IMG/VR virus record: IMGVR_UViG_3300016265_001126 | Coordinates: 1-33,051 of that record | Direction: 5' to 3' (one strand) | DNA length: 33,051 bases | Origin: a virus | Taxonomy: Duplodnaviria; Caudoviricetes | In this document: piece after piece, positions 1 through 8,397 of the stretch | Layout: each line of letters begins with the position of its first letter | Numbering within the stretch: the first letter of the stretch is position 1 | Position numbers and translations under genes: made by a program | The notes under the pieces: model-generated | What the model was told of the DNA's origin: nothing | The model's database searches: none | Seen by the model: only the letters and a program-made list of their open reading frames with translations

Positions 1-32
1 TTCTGCTCCTGTTGTTCCTTCTGTTCGTTCAT
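1..32 (-). CDS. 5' end of an ORF running off the left edge (MNEQKEQQEQ...); could be the terminase small subunit if the genome closes to the right edge
   Basis: ATGAAC start downstream of a terminator; the identity is positional inference only. Confidence 0.3.
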   Translation of the reverse strand, partial: MNEQKEQQEQ

Positions 33-105
33 AAATCGGCTTGATGTTGCTTCCGCTCCTCCGCCATTGCCCGCAAATAAAAACGCGCTGGCAAGCTTTG
101 TGTGC

Positions 106-134
106 AGAAAGAAACCCGCGTGGTTAGTGCGGGT
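106..134 (-). terminator. Intrinsic terminator
   Basis: Stem ACCCGC(114-119)/GCGGGT(129-134), followed on the minus strand by UUUCUUUCU, just after the 145 stop. Confidence 0.65.
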
Positions 135-144
135 CTTGCGTTAT

Positions 145-387
145 CTATTTAGAAAGTTTTGCCATAGCTTTAGCAAATCCTTTTTTAAGTTCCGGAGTTG
201 GCGAGAAGTGAGTTGGTTTACCGAAACGTGCGCGGACTTCGCATCGCGCTTTAGAAACTGTAATCGCCCAGATTCCTGCACCGCTTTCGCCGATTCCAAA
301 TTTAATTGCAGGAGTATTAAAATACCAGTGGATTGCCGAAAGTGCTTTTTCTGTTTTAAGCTTTTGGATTACTTGCGCGAGTTTCAT
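145..387 (-). CDS. Hypothetical early protein (80 aa, MKLAQVIQK...)
   Basis: Start moved from TTG 489 to ATG 387, which follows the phage's AACAGAAAAACAGAAA leader; 440-490 looks like a promoter. Confidence 0.65.
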   Translation of the reverse strand: MKLAQVIQKLKTEKALSAIHWYFNTPAIKFGIGESGAGIWAITVSKARCEVRARFGKPTHFSPTPELKKGFAKAMAKLSK

Positions 388-444
388 TTTCTGTTTTTCT
401 GTTTTGATGTCGTCTCCGGTCCCGTCGTGGTCCCGTTTGACGTT

Positions 445-489
445 CTTTGTTTTAAACTTTTCCGCAGAAATGTCCACAACTATTTTCAA
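445..489 (-). promoter_or_regulatory. Putative early promoter
   Basis: TGGACA-N16-TAAAAC; 14 bp (476-489) identical to 13896-13909 in the other early promoter. Confidence 0.5.
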
Positions 490-671
490 TTATTTTCACT
501 TTTCTTTCAAATCAAGCATTGGTGCGGGTTTCCGGCCAATCGCTTTTTTCTTTTTCGCGGAATTTTTTCTTTTTTCTCATCGTACAATGTACGGTAACGG
601 TACAAAAACAGAGTTTTATCCGGTCTTAGAGTTAGTCGAATCGTTGTTTTACTTACTCGGTTATCGTAGGG

Positions 672-739
672 CGTCGCTCCGCTCCTTGTATATTATATTT
701 GTCAGTTGATGAAAAAAATAAATAAGGAGCGAAGCGACG
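672..739. repeat. 16-bp inverted repeat around an AT-rich spacer (candidate origin or structured leader)
   Basis: CGTCGCTCCGCTCCTT (672-687) vs AAGGAGCGAAGCGACG (724-739), 15/16 complementary. Confidence 0.8.
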
Positions 740-796
740 ACCTTAACGGTGGAAAGGTAAACCGACGAGCCTCCGCACCCTGCGCTCCACCCCTGC

Positions 797-825
797 ATTG
801 TAACGAAAGAAAAAATTTCTGTCAA
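797..825 (-). promoter_or_regulatory. Near-consensus sigma70-type promoter
   Basis: TTGACA (825-820), 17 nt, TACAAT (802-797). Confidence 0.8.
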
Positions 826-929
826 GCTACAAACTAGACCGGAAGAAAAAAATTCAAACTGAACCGCTTATTGCGAAATTGAACCGGCCTCAAATTAAGC
901 ATCCATGAGCCTTTCCAGACTATTTAGAA

Positions 930-976
930 AAAAGATGAAAAAAGGCTTTGACGAATGAGCGGAGTTCTGGCTTACT
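930..976 (+). promoter_or_regulatory. Putative rightward early promoter
   Basis: A-rich upstream tract, TTGACG-N17-CTTACT, then CGTCA and an AACAGAAAAACAGAA leader like the other early promoters. Confidence 0.5.
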
Positions 977-1032
977 TCACGTCGTCAGCGGCAATCACGC
1001 CAAGGATAAACAGAAAAACAGAATCAAAAAGC

Positions 1033-1152
1033 ATGAAAACGAAACGCATCAACGGACAGAAATTCGCACTCATCAACTATTCCAACAACGGATGGATTTA
1101 TCGCTTGACATACTTTCCTGTTGAGAATCTCCGGACACTTCGTGAAATTTGA
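1033..1152 (+). CDS. Small hypothetical protein (39 aa)
   Basis: ATG after the AACAGAAAAACAGAATCAAAAAGC leader. Confidence 0.5.
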   Translation: MKTKRINGQKFALINYSNNGWIYRLTYFPVENLRTLREI

Positions 1153-1183
1153 CGTTGTTCGTTTTACCTTTTGAAATAACGCC

Positions 1184-1378
1184 ATGAACGAGAAGGAAAA
1201 ACTAGATTACGAATCGCACATTGCGGCATGGCATCTTGTGTGGCTTGTTGAGAACGGCCACTTAAACGACCGCACAAGCCTCAAGGTCGCGTTTGATTAT
1301 CTTTCCGCATACGCTGACGTTTACGCTGACGAGAATTGCAGATTCCGGGCGCAGAAATTGAGAGAGAAAATTAAATAA
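1184..1378 (+). CDS. Hypothetical protein
   Basis: 64-aa ORF in a compact plus-strand operon. Confidence 0.65.
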   Translation: MNEKEKLDYESHIAAWHLVWLVENGHLNDRTSLKVAFDYLSAYADVYADENCRFRAQKLREKIK

Positions 1379-1382
1379 AAAC

Positions 1383-1601
1383 ATGAACGATTACTGGAAT
1401 GATATACCTGACTACCCTGAACCGCCAGAATGCTGCGGTGATTACATGGACGTTGAACATGACGGCGCGTGTGTATGTCCAAAGTGCGGAAAACGCATTG
1501 AGCATGTGCCGGACATTGAACCGACTTATGTTCCCGAAGAGGATTTCGGGAACATGCCGGACGCGAACGGAGAGTCTTTAAGCGATAGAAAAACCAACTA
1601 A
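1383..1601 (+). CDS. Small acidic zinc-ribbon protein
   Basis: ECCG...CVCPKCGK motif. Confidence 0.7.
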   Translation: MNDYWNDIPDYPEPPECCGDYMDVEHDGACVCPKCGKRIEHVPDIEPTYVPEEDFGNMPDANGESLSDRKTN

Positions 1602-1610
1602 ACCAAACCA

Positions 1611-1907
1611 ATGCAAAAGCTGAAAATAGACGTTACAAAAATCAATAAATTGCACCTATTCCGCGGTGCAAAAGGAACATATCTGGACGTGACGCTGATG
1701 GAGAATAAAGACGGCCCCGATCAATATGGCAACGATGGTTTCATCGTGCAGGATATCGGGAAAGAGGCCAGAGAAGCAGGCGAGAAAGGCCCGATTATCG
1801 GGAACTGGAAGCACCTACAAAAACGGACTGCCGATAAGCCTGCGCCGGTTGCTAAAAAGCCTGCGCCAAAGGATGATGATGTTGCGCCGGATGACATTCC
1901 ATTCTGA
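1611..1907 (+). CDS. Putative phage single-stranded DNA-binding protein
   Basis: Small beta-rich core, Pro/Lys/Ala linker, acidic C-terminal DDIPF tail typical of SSBs. Confidence 0.7.
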   Translation: MQKLKIDVTKINKLHLFRGAKGTYLDVTLMENKDGPDQYGNDGFIVQDIGKEAREAGEKGPIIGNWKHLQKRTADKPAPVAKKPAPKDDDVAPDDIPF

Positions 1908-1925
1908 GCCAATCACAACTCCACT

Positions 1926-1963
1926 AAAAACCCCGCTCTTTTAACGGAGCGGGGTTTTGTTTT
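1926..1963. terminator. Bidirectional intrinsic terminator
   Basis: AAAACCCCGCTC/GAGCGGGGTTTT hairpin between convergent genes. Confidence 0.9.
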
Positions 1964-2237
1964 ATTCATCAGTCTGTTTCTTGCACTTCCGGCACCTAAA
2001 AAAACAAGTGCCGTCCGGTGCGTAGCCGTAGAATGTGAACTGATGCTCGCATTCGTATGGTTCTGGTTCAATTAAGTATTCGCACTCGAAAGCAATTATT
2101 GCTGGCGGTTCCATCATCACAACTCTTTCCGTCCTCGGTGCGGTGCGTCTAAGGCAAGTCTCGCATCCTTCTCGCCAGTATTGCACTCCGTTTTCAATGC
2201 TTCCAACTCCATTGCAGCGGGCTGTGTCGGATGTCAT
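1962..2237 (-). CDS. Cys-rich hypothetical protein
   Basis: CETC, CEH, CRKC motifs; ATGA-coupled to the RuvC-like gene. Confidence 0.7.
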   Translation of the reverse strand: MTSDTARCNGVGSIENGVQYWREGCETCLRRTAPRTERVVMMEPPAIIAFECEYLIEPEPYECEHQFTFYGYAPDGTCFFRCRKCKKQTDE

Positions 2238-2734
2238 AGTTTTTTAATCCTCGCATATTCCGCTAAAAGTGCCGCGTCCACGATGTTGTGATTTGGCACC
2301 TTGCTTCGTTCTGTTGCCAAAAAAGTCTCATCCGGCCAGAGTCGTTTTGCAAGTTCTAATGCGCGTGGCTTTGTGTCTCCCGCGCTGCATCCCGGCATCA
2401 TTTCCTTTTGCCATTTCTGTGGCGTGATTCTATGCCAGCGGATGCCCGCTAGCGTTAGCACAGTCCTGAGCGCGTGGAAGCTCCCTGCCATACTTGTAGC
2501 TGCTTTGGCTGACTTGCTACCGCCCGGCTCCTCAAGAATCGCGCAGTGGACGTTGTGAAAGCCTGCGGCGACGTGTTTAATCCATCGCTCAACTTCTATC
2601 ACGTCAATTTCATTCCCCTTCCGAGCCTTTTGTATCGGCATCGGAATTGCTTCGATGAATGCGCCGTTGTGCGACGAGATAGCAGCTAGAGATCCGCTGA
2701 CGCCGTTGTCAATGCCGATTATGACGTTACTCAT
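2234..2734 (-). CDS. RuvC-like Holliday junction resolvase
   Basis: IIGIDNG, ILEEP, ITPQKWQK, VDAALLAEY motifs. Confidence 0.88.
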   Translation of the reverse strand: MSNVIIGIDNGVSGSLAAISSHNGAFIEAIPMPIQKARKGNEIDVIEVERWIKHVAAGFHNVHCAILEEPGGSKSAKAATSMAGSFHALRTVLTLAGIRWHRITPQKWQKEMMPGCSAGDTKPRALELAKRLWPDETFLATERSKVPNHNIVDAALLAEYARIKKL

Positions 2735-2934
2735 TCGGCTCCTTTCATGGCTTTCCGGCTTAGTTCAATTTCTATCGCCTGCTGCGCCATGCGAAAGGCA
2801 AATGCCGTGTCGATTCCGAAGAATGCTGCAACCTCTCGCCATTTCAGTCCTTCGCGCTTTTTGGCGAGGACTGCAAACCATCGTTTCTCCGCTTTTTCGC
2901 GCTTTCGTTTGTAGTATGCTTCGTGACTTGTCAT
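2731..2934 (-). CDS. Small HTH DNA-binding protein (67 aa)
   Basis: REGLKWREVAAFFGIDTAFAFRM; start placed at the ATGA overlap. Confidence 0.7.
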   Translation of the reverse strand: MTSHEAYYKRKREKAEKRWFAVLAKKREGLKWREVAAFFGIDTAFAFRMAQQAIEIELSRKAMKGAE

Positions 2935-3404
2935 ATGGTAATTTGGCGCGCGTAACGTGTGTCGATTACTACCCAGTCCGCGAACTTGCTGCACAATGAC
3001 GGCTTGTCGTGGCTTCGTGTGTCGCCAACTGCTAGGGCTGTCCGGCACTTAGCGCGTAGCTCTTTCAGTTCTTTTCCTCGCTCAGAATCAATAGGGAATT
3101 GCTCGCATCCGCATTCGCATTCCATCCGGCTTTTCCCGTCCCAATAGACTTTGTCGAGGCAATAAAAGCGTTTGTTTTCGCAAATGACAAACGTCCGCGT
3201 TTTCAATGGCTTTATTGCAGGTAACCCGTTTTTCTGCCGCTCGATGTTCTCCGCTTTTTTCGCCATGCGTGGAAGCGAATCGGCGTTGCACTGAAAATGC
3301 GCTGCAATTTCCCTCCATTTGAGTCCATCACGTCGTTTTGCTAAGACCGCAAACCAGCGTTCAATTTCCTGCTCTCGTTTTGTTTTTGTGTCTGTTGTGT
3401 TCAT
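2931..3404 (-). CDS. HTH protein with Cys-rich C-terminal region
   Basis: RDGLKWREIAAHFQCNADSLPRM; ECECGCE; coupled to the dnaB stop. Confidence 0.7.
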   Translation of the reverse strand: MNTTDTKTKREQEIERWFAVLAKRRDGLKWREIAAHFQCNADSLPRMAKKAENIERQKNGLPAIKPLKTRTFVICENKRFYCLDKVYWDGKSRMECECGCEQFPIDSERGKELKELRAKCRTALAVGDTRSHDKPSLCSKFADWVVIDTRYARQITI

Positions 3405-4777
3405 AGGTTCTCAAATCGTGCGTATTCTTTTACGTAGCGCAGTTCGACGGTTTCCTGTGCAGGTCCGTTGCGTTGCTTGGCAATATCAATGTCGGCTTTT
3501 CCGGCGAGGTTGGTTCGCTCTGGATCGTCCGGCTCACAATCCATTTCGGGCCGAATGATGAACGCAACATTGTCGGCATCCTGTTCGATGCTTCCAGATT
3601 CTCGCAGGTCACTCATTCGCGGGCGACGTTTTTCTTTCACAGAGGCGCGATTTATTTGCGCCAACGTCACAACCGGAATGCGTAGCTCTTTCGACATGAG
3701 CTTCAAACCGCGTGAAACCTCGGCGACTTCTTGCTCGCGGTTACCTGCCTTTTTCCCGTCGCTGTGCATTAGCTGGAGGTAGTCCCCGATGAAAACAACG
3801 TGAGCGTGTCCGTTCTTGCGAAGCTCTCGGACCTTGGCGCGTGTTTTTGAGCGTATCTTTTGAATGCTCCCGCCTGTCTCGCCCGTGTCGATAATCGTCA
3901 CAAGCGAGGCTGCCAACTGTTGCGCTGCGGCTGTAAGTGCAGGCCAATCTCGCTCTGTCATGTGTCCGTCTCTGACTCGCTGCTGATTGAGGCGTGCGAG
4001 CGAATAGACAAGCCGTGCCATGAGTTGTTTCGGACTCATTTCGAGCGAAACGAATATGACGGGAATGCCGAGGCGGAGTATAACGTGCTCCGTTATAGCT
4101 AGGGCGAATGCTGTTTTCCCGACCGATGGGCGAGCGGCAAAAACGGTCATCTCTTCGGGATGGAGTCCGTTTGTCAGTTGGTCGTAGCCGTGGAATCCGG
4201 TTTCGATTCCCGTGATTTTCCCTTTGTTGTCATACAAGGTTTTCACGTCCTGAATGACTTCCGTGACGAGTTGTTTATTGCTTTGCTCCGCGCGTCCGGC
4301 CTTGCCTTCCGATAGCGTCAACACTTTGCTTTCAAACTCTGATGCCAGTTCCTCCGCCTCGTGTTGCTCATCGTAAGCTCGCGATGCAAACTCTGTGCCG
4401 AGAGCGATGATTCTCCGCAACCTCAATTTCGCGCCTGCCACGTCGATATAGTATTGCAAGTTACTTGCAGTAGGTACGAAGGTCCATAGCTCGCTGATGT
4501 AGCCTGCGCCACCTACGCCATCGAGCTTGTTTCGGTCGCGTAGATACGTTGTGAGACTGATGAAAGAAAGCTGCAAGTTTGGAATGTCGAGAACTGCCCT
4601 TATCGCCTGCCAGATTTCAGCATGCGCCGGAATATGGAACCAATCGGAATCAACTCCGGCATCGTCGCAGATTGCAATGCATTCGTAAGGGGCGAGGATG
4701 ATGCTCGCCAGAATGCCTTTCTCCGCGTCTGGGTTTTGCGGAAGTAGTCTGTGAATATCTGGTAGGTAGCTAATCAT
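3401..4777 (-). CDS. dnaB: Replicative DNA helicase DnaB
   Basis: AARPSVGKT Walker A, SLEM, DYLQL, SDLRESGSIEQDAD, AKQRNGP. Confidence 0.97.
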   Translation of the reverse strand: MISYLPDIHRLLPQNPDAEKGILASIILAPYECIAICDDAGVDSDWFHIPAHAEIWQAIRAVLDIPNLQLSFISLTTYLRDRNKLDGVGGAGYISELWTFVPTASNLQYYIDVAGAKLRLRRIIALGTEFASRAYDEQHEAEELASEFESKVLTLSEGKAGRAEQSNKQLVTEVIQDVKTLYDNKGKITGIETGFHGYDQLTNGLHPEEMTVFAARPSVGKTAFALAITEHVILRLGIPVIFVSLEMSPKQLMARLVYSLARLNQQRVRDGHMTERDWPALTAAAQQLAASLVTIIDTGETGGSIQKIRSKTRAKVRELRKNGHAHVVFIGDYLQLMHSDGKKAGNREQEVAEVSRGLKLMSKELRIPVVTLAQINRASVKEKRRPRMSDLRESGSIEQDADNVAFIIRPEMDCEPDDPERTNLAGKADIDIAKQRNGPAQETVELRYVKEYARFENL

Positions 4778-4947
4778 TTTCCAACTAATCTACCGGCGTA
4801 TCGGTAAGCGCTAATCTCGCCTTCGTATCTTCGCGCTGATTCAAACTTGTGATTTAATCGTGAGCTACGTTTGCGCTTTCGGCACCATCGAATTTGTTTC
4901 GCCAGTTCGTTCCTGATTCTCTGTTTCTCCGGGTCTGTTGTTTTCAT
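4774..4947 (-). CDS. Small basic hypothetical protein (57 aa, MKTTDPEKQ...)
   Basis: Hand-translated; fills the gap, and its stop overlaps the dnaB ATG. Confidence 0.6.
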   Translation of the reverse strand: MKTTDPEKQRIRNELAKQIRWCRKRKRSSRLNHKFESARRYEGEISAYRYAGRLVGK

Positions 4948-4949
4948 GT

Positions 4950-5144
4950 TCATTTATCCCAAAAGCTAAACCCGTTCTCGTCCTGTAGAAAAGTGATTTG
5001 CTCGTTTTCCGTGATGTCCTCTGTAATTAGCTGAAGCTTCGCACCGCATTCGCACACGATAAACTTCATCCGCATACGATTTGTTTCGTGCTCAATTCCG
5101 CAACGCGGGCATTCCCTCGGTTCGATTAGGTTTTTCTTGCTCAT
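4950..5144 (-). CDS. Zinc-ribbon hypothetical protein
   Basis: CPRCG...CECG; start at MSKKNL. Confidence 0.6.
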   Translation of the reverse strand: MSKKNLIEPRECPRCGIEHETNRMRMKFIVCECGAKLQLITEDITENEQITFLQDENGFSFWDK

Positions 5145-5256
5145 GTTGAATTTTGTTTCTCCACTCGTCTGCCTCAATCCTCGCCTGCCTTTCGGTCCTC
5201 CCGAGAGACAAGGCCTCGTTGTAGCGATATTGCCACTCGCGCTCAATGTCGGTCAC
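5092..5256 (-). CDS. Small hypothetical protein (GTG start, MTDIEREWQYRYNEAL...)
   Basis: Hand-translated; GGAGG upstream of the GTG. Confidence 0.55.
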   Translation of the reverse strand: MTDIEREWQYRYNEALSLGRTERQARIEADEWRNKIQHEQEKPNRTEGMPALRN

Positions 5257-5294
5257 AGTACCTCCAATTCAGCCGCCTTTAGTTCTTCTTCAGC
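5248..5294. repeat. 47-bp direct repeat, copy 1
   Basis: 43/47 identical to 6627-6673. Confidence 0.95.
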
Positions 5295-5628
5295 AATTAG
5301 GGCAGCAATTAGGTGCGCCGCAAAAGCAGCAATCTTCAATTATGTCGCTTCCGCAATCATCGCAAGTTAATGCGTTGCCATATTTAAAGAAATCATCATT
5401 CTCGCGGTCTCGAATCAGTCCGTAAATTTGTTTCTCCATGTTTTCAATTCTGATTTTTGCTTCTATGTATTTCTCGTTTAATTCCAGCAATTCCGCATAG
5501 CTATATCCTAAGCCTGTCGCTAAAAAAAGCTCATTGATTAGGCTGAAAACATCTGTGTCCGTGAGCGTGTATTCAGTGCCGCCTATTACGACGCAAATGC
5601 GGCCTCGTTCGTCTTTAATTATTTTCAT
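5290..5628 (-). CDS. Hypothetical protein with coiled coil and C-terminal Cys cluster
   Basis: CDDC...CCFCGAPNCCPNC, ending at the repeat junction; start uncertain. Confidence 0.6.
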   Translation of the reverse strand: MKIIKDERGRICVVIGGTEYTLTDTDVFSLINELFLATGLGYSYAELLELNEKYIEAKIRIENMEKQIYGLIRDRENDDFFKYGNALTCDDCGSDIIEDCCFCGAPNCCPNC

Positions 5629-5842
5629 GGTGTAAAATACGTGGTTGTTTGTTATGTTCATTTTGTGGTGCTGTAGGCCATCTTTCAAGCATACATTTAT
5701 CTCCAATGTCATACGTGCTTGTGCCGTCACTATTGCGTGACAAAAGCCATCATTCCATTAATCTCCCGCCGTGCCCGATGAAATAAACTCTACGTGTTAT
5801 TTTCCTACGAATCCAGCGGTATATTCTTATGATTATTTTCAT
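5615..5842 (-). pseudogene. 76-codon ORF interrupted by one in-frame TGA (5750-5752)
   Basis: ATGA-coupled start; after the TGA the frame stays open until it overlaps the next start. Confidence 0.4.
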
Positions 5843-6180
5843 GGCAAGACCCCCTTGGCCTCAAGGTATGACACCGCGTATTCCCTTGCGGTTGCTAGGC
5901 ATGAGTATCCTTTGACATTATTGAATAGCCTTTCGACTGCTTTAGAGCACACCAATGGCGGAAGTGCACGTATAAGTGGAACAATAGCATCTAGCGATCC
6001 ACAATAATCTGGCAAATTTTCCGTAGTGCAATCGGTGCCAGCATTGCTCAGTTGCCGCCACCACTTAACTGGCCTGCCATCAACTAGGCTGTTGTATTCT
6101 TGTATGACTGCGTAACCTATTGTTTTTGCTACCGCAATGTTTATCTCTTTCTCGTTTTTCGTTAACCAAACATTTTGCAT
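5839..6180 (-). CDS. Phage hypothetical protein (resembles the phage ABA-sandwich/Yop-like small family)
   Basis: EINIAVAKTIGY...LPDYCGSLDAIVPLI...ATAR pattern, recognised from memory. Confidence 0.6.
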   Translation of the reverse strand: MQNVWLTKNEKEINIAVAKTIGYAVIQEYNSLVDGRPVKWWRQLSNAGTDCTTENLPDYCGSLDAIVPLIRALPPLVCSKAVERLFNNVKGYSCLATAREYAVSYLEAKGVLP

Positions 6181-6260
6181 GATAGAATCCTTTTTGTAAT
6201 TTCAATTTATTATTTTTCAACTCGACCAGCGATGAGCATGGCTTTCCTCAAGCAAGGCAT

Positions 6261-6635
6261 TTATTCATGTTTTTTATCGCAAAGCGGACACGGCCATTCA
6301 TCTTCGTATTCTTGGCATCTACCGCTCCCCTTGCATATCGAACAGTAATGTTTCTGGAGTTTATTGTCCAGAAGGAAAGTAATCTTATCTTGCCATATTG
6401 TTTTCTTAATAATCACATTGCCATACCCACGAAACGCTTTAATTTTTACCGCAATGTCATCATGCGTGTCCCTGCCTCCTACGACTATGCAGAAATAATC
6501 TCCGTTGTGCCAGCCACTAGCAAGGCGGTGCTGCTTTCGTCTTTGATCACAATTGCACCATGACGCTGCACAGTGTCCGTCTAGGTTTTCACAACTAATT
6601 GGGATGCCCCTATCGTCAAGTTCTTCGTCCGTCAT
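6261..6635 (-). CDS. Cys-rich hypothetical protein with DnaJ-like CxxCxGxG finger
   Basis: CSICKGSG...CPLC. Confidence 0.65.
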   Translation of the reverse strand: MTDEELDDRGIPISCENLDGHCAASWCNCDQRRKQHRLASGWHNGDYFCIVVGGRDTHDDIAVKIKAFRGYGNVIIKKTIWQDKITFLLDNKLQKHYCSICKGSGRCQEYEDEWPCPLCDKKHE

Positions 6636-6673
6636 AGTGCCTCCAATTCAGCCGCCTTTAGCTCTTCTTCAGC
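6627..6673. repeat. 47-bp direct repeat, copy 2
   Basis: 43/47 identical to 5248-5294; spans a stop/start junction. Confidence 0.95.
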
Positions 6674-6853
6674 GTCCTGCAACTTGTGCGCTGCCTCGCC
6701 AATTTCCCACTTCACGCTTGCGGTCTGCGCGTCGTAGTTGTCGCGGGCGTCTCGGAGGCTGTCGTAATGCTCCTGCGCTTTCTGCACGGCGATTCTCGCG
6801 GCTCGCAGTCGGTTTGGCTTTGACTCTGGTATCTCGGTGAATAATTCGTTCAT
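6632..6853 (-). CDS. Coiled-coil hypothetical protein
   Basis: Coupled ORF with A/C-rich leader. Confidence 0.75.
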   Translation of the reverse strand: MNELFTEIPESKPNRLRAARIAVQKAQEHYDSLRDARDNYDAQTASVKWEIGEAAHKLQDAEEELKAAELEAL

Positions 6854-7422
6854 TGTTTTGTTTCTGTTTTTGTTGTGTTGGTGTTACTGTTTAACTGTCG
6901 CTGTTTCTGAAATTCCTCTTTCATGTAACCTCTGGCTTTCGAGTATTCCGTGAACGGATAGCCTTTTGATCCCATCCATTCTCGCCAGCCTTGCGGGTCG
7001 ACTGTCGGCTCATGCTTCGCTTTCGGCAACTTCGCTTTTGCGTTGTCCACTTCCCCGAGGTAGTTGTTCAAAAAAGTCAAGAGGCTCGTGCGTTTGAATT
7101 GATACCCGCTGGCGTAGAGCTTTTCCACAAGCGCAAGGTCGGCTAGGTCTATCTCTCCGCAGTTTCGGAACGCTCTGATTTCACGCTCGCTCCATTCAGT
7201 CGTCAGCTTGCGCCCAAATAGCGTGGCAATTCGCTTCGCCGCTTCCGTTGTCGGAACGCGGGTTGATTGCTGGCGTTCCTTCGGGCGTGACTGATGCTCG
7301 CCGCAAAAGTGGCCTTTTAGCACCTTTGGCCAAGTATGGTCATACACTGGCGGGTAACGCTTGCAATATGCGTTAAACTCGTTCTCTTCGTAATGAATGC
7401 AGGTTTCACAGGTGCGGGTCAT
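6850..7422 (-). CDS. Hypothetical protein: Cys/His N-terminal module plus helical domain, possibly replication-related
   Basis: CETC..YCKRYPP..FCGEH followed by a helical domain; lies upstream of dnaB. Confidence 0.55.
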   Translation of the reverse strand: MTRTCETCIHYEENEFNAYCKRYPPVYDHTWPKVLKGHFCGEHQSRPKERQQSTRVPTTEAAKRIATLFGRKLTTEWSEREIRAFRNCGEIDLADLALVEKLYASGYQFKRTSLLTFLNNYLGEVDNAKAKLPKAKHEPTVDPQGWREWMGSKGYPFTEYSKARGYMKEEFQKQRQLNSNTNTTKTETKQ

Positions 7423-8390
7423 ATCAGTTGATCTTGCTCGCGGTGATTTTCAACGTCTGACAAATTGAGAACAGCCTGCTTAAAATAGCTGCTTTTCAGT
7501 TCCGCTCCCATGCCTCGCCGTCCGTTAATCACGGCTCCGTAAACCTCACTTCCAACCCCCATGAACGGAGTGAACACAACCTCGCCGGGATTGCTCCAAA
7601 GGACGCACGCACGCTCTATAACGTCCAATTGCAACGGGTGGCAATGGCGTTCGTCATCGTTGTCTTTTGCCTCACGATGCGGGAGAACGTTATCAATGCG
7701 AATGTCATCCCAAAAGGCATCCGCGTAACGTCGCCAAATCCAATGCGAAAAACGGTTCTTCTTTTGGTCGCCTTCCATACCTTTCAAATGCAGCAACTCT
7801 GCGGGCATCTGTTCCTCGCCAGCGTAGCGATGCAATCCGGTCGGATGTGCAACAGGAATCTGATTTTCACCACTGCGCCGGAATATCAAAAGCTGGTCAG
7901 CGTTTGCCATAGAGCAACGGGTTGAATCCTCGCACATTGTCCGGTGAGCAAGGCTCTTCATCATCGTGCGATTGCGAACCGTGAGCGGCTCTTTCCAGAT
8001 GAAATACCGATGAGTGAAACGCCATCCGTTCTTTTCGTGAAGTCGAATCACATCGCCGGGAAAATCCAAAAGAGCGTCACATCCACTGTTGCCGGTAGGA
8101 ATATCCATACAATGAACCGCGCTCATCCGTCCCGGTTTTGTCAGCCTGTGAAGCTCGCGAATCACGAAGCCGTAATGGTCGTAAAACTCGTCACGGTTGA
8201 TGCAATTCGACAAATCCTGCTCATCGCTACTGTATTGGTATAGCCCGCAAAATGGCGGAGAATACAATGAAAGGTCAACGCTCCCGCCCGGAAGTTGCTT
8301 CATTACTTCAACGCAATCGCCGTGATAAAGCGCGTATTTGTCTGTGATTACTTGGTTCATTGGTTCGGTTGTTTCTGTTTTTGTTGTCAT
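7419..8390 (-). CDS. DNA methyltransferase, N4-C/N6-A family (beta arrangement)
   Basis: GDC, SPPF motif IV before TPFMGVGS motif I, HPLQ. Confidence 0.92.
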   Translation of the reverse strand: MTTKTETTEPMNQVITDKYALYHGDCVEVMKQLPGGSVDLSLYSPPFCGLYQYSSDEQDLSNCINRDEFYDHYGFVIRELHRLTKPGRMSAVHCMDIPTGNSGCDALLDFPGDVIRLHEKNGWRFTHRYFIWKEPLTVRNRTMMKSLAHRTMCEDSTRCSMANADQLLIFRRSGENQIPVAHPTGLHRYAGEEQMPAELLHLKGMEGDQKKNRFSHWIWRRYADAFWDDIRIDNVLPHREAKDNDDERHCHPLQLDVIERACVLWSNPGEVVFTPFMGVGSEVYGAVINGRRGMGAELKSSYFKQAVLNLSDVENHREQDQLI

Positions 8391-8397
8391 AGAGTTG

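Noticed and set aside
67-709. Plus-strand ORFs 67-597 and 404-709
   Set aside because: Phe-rich translations of T tracts over promoter DNA, antisense to the 145-387 gene
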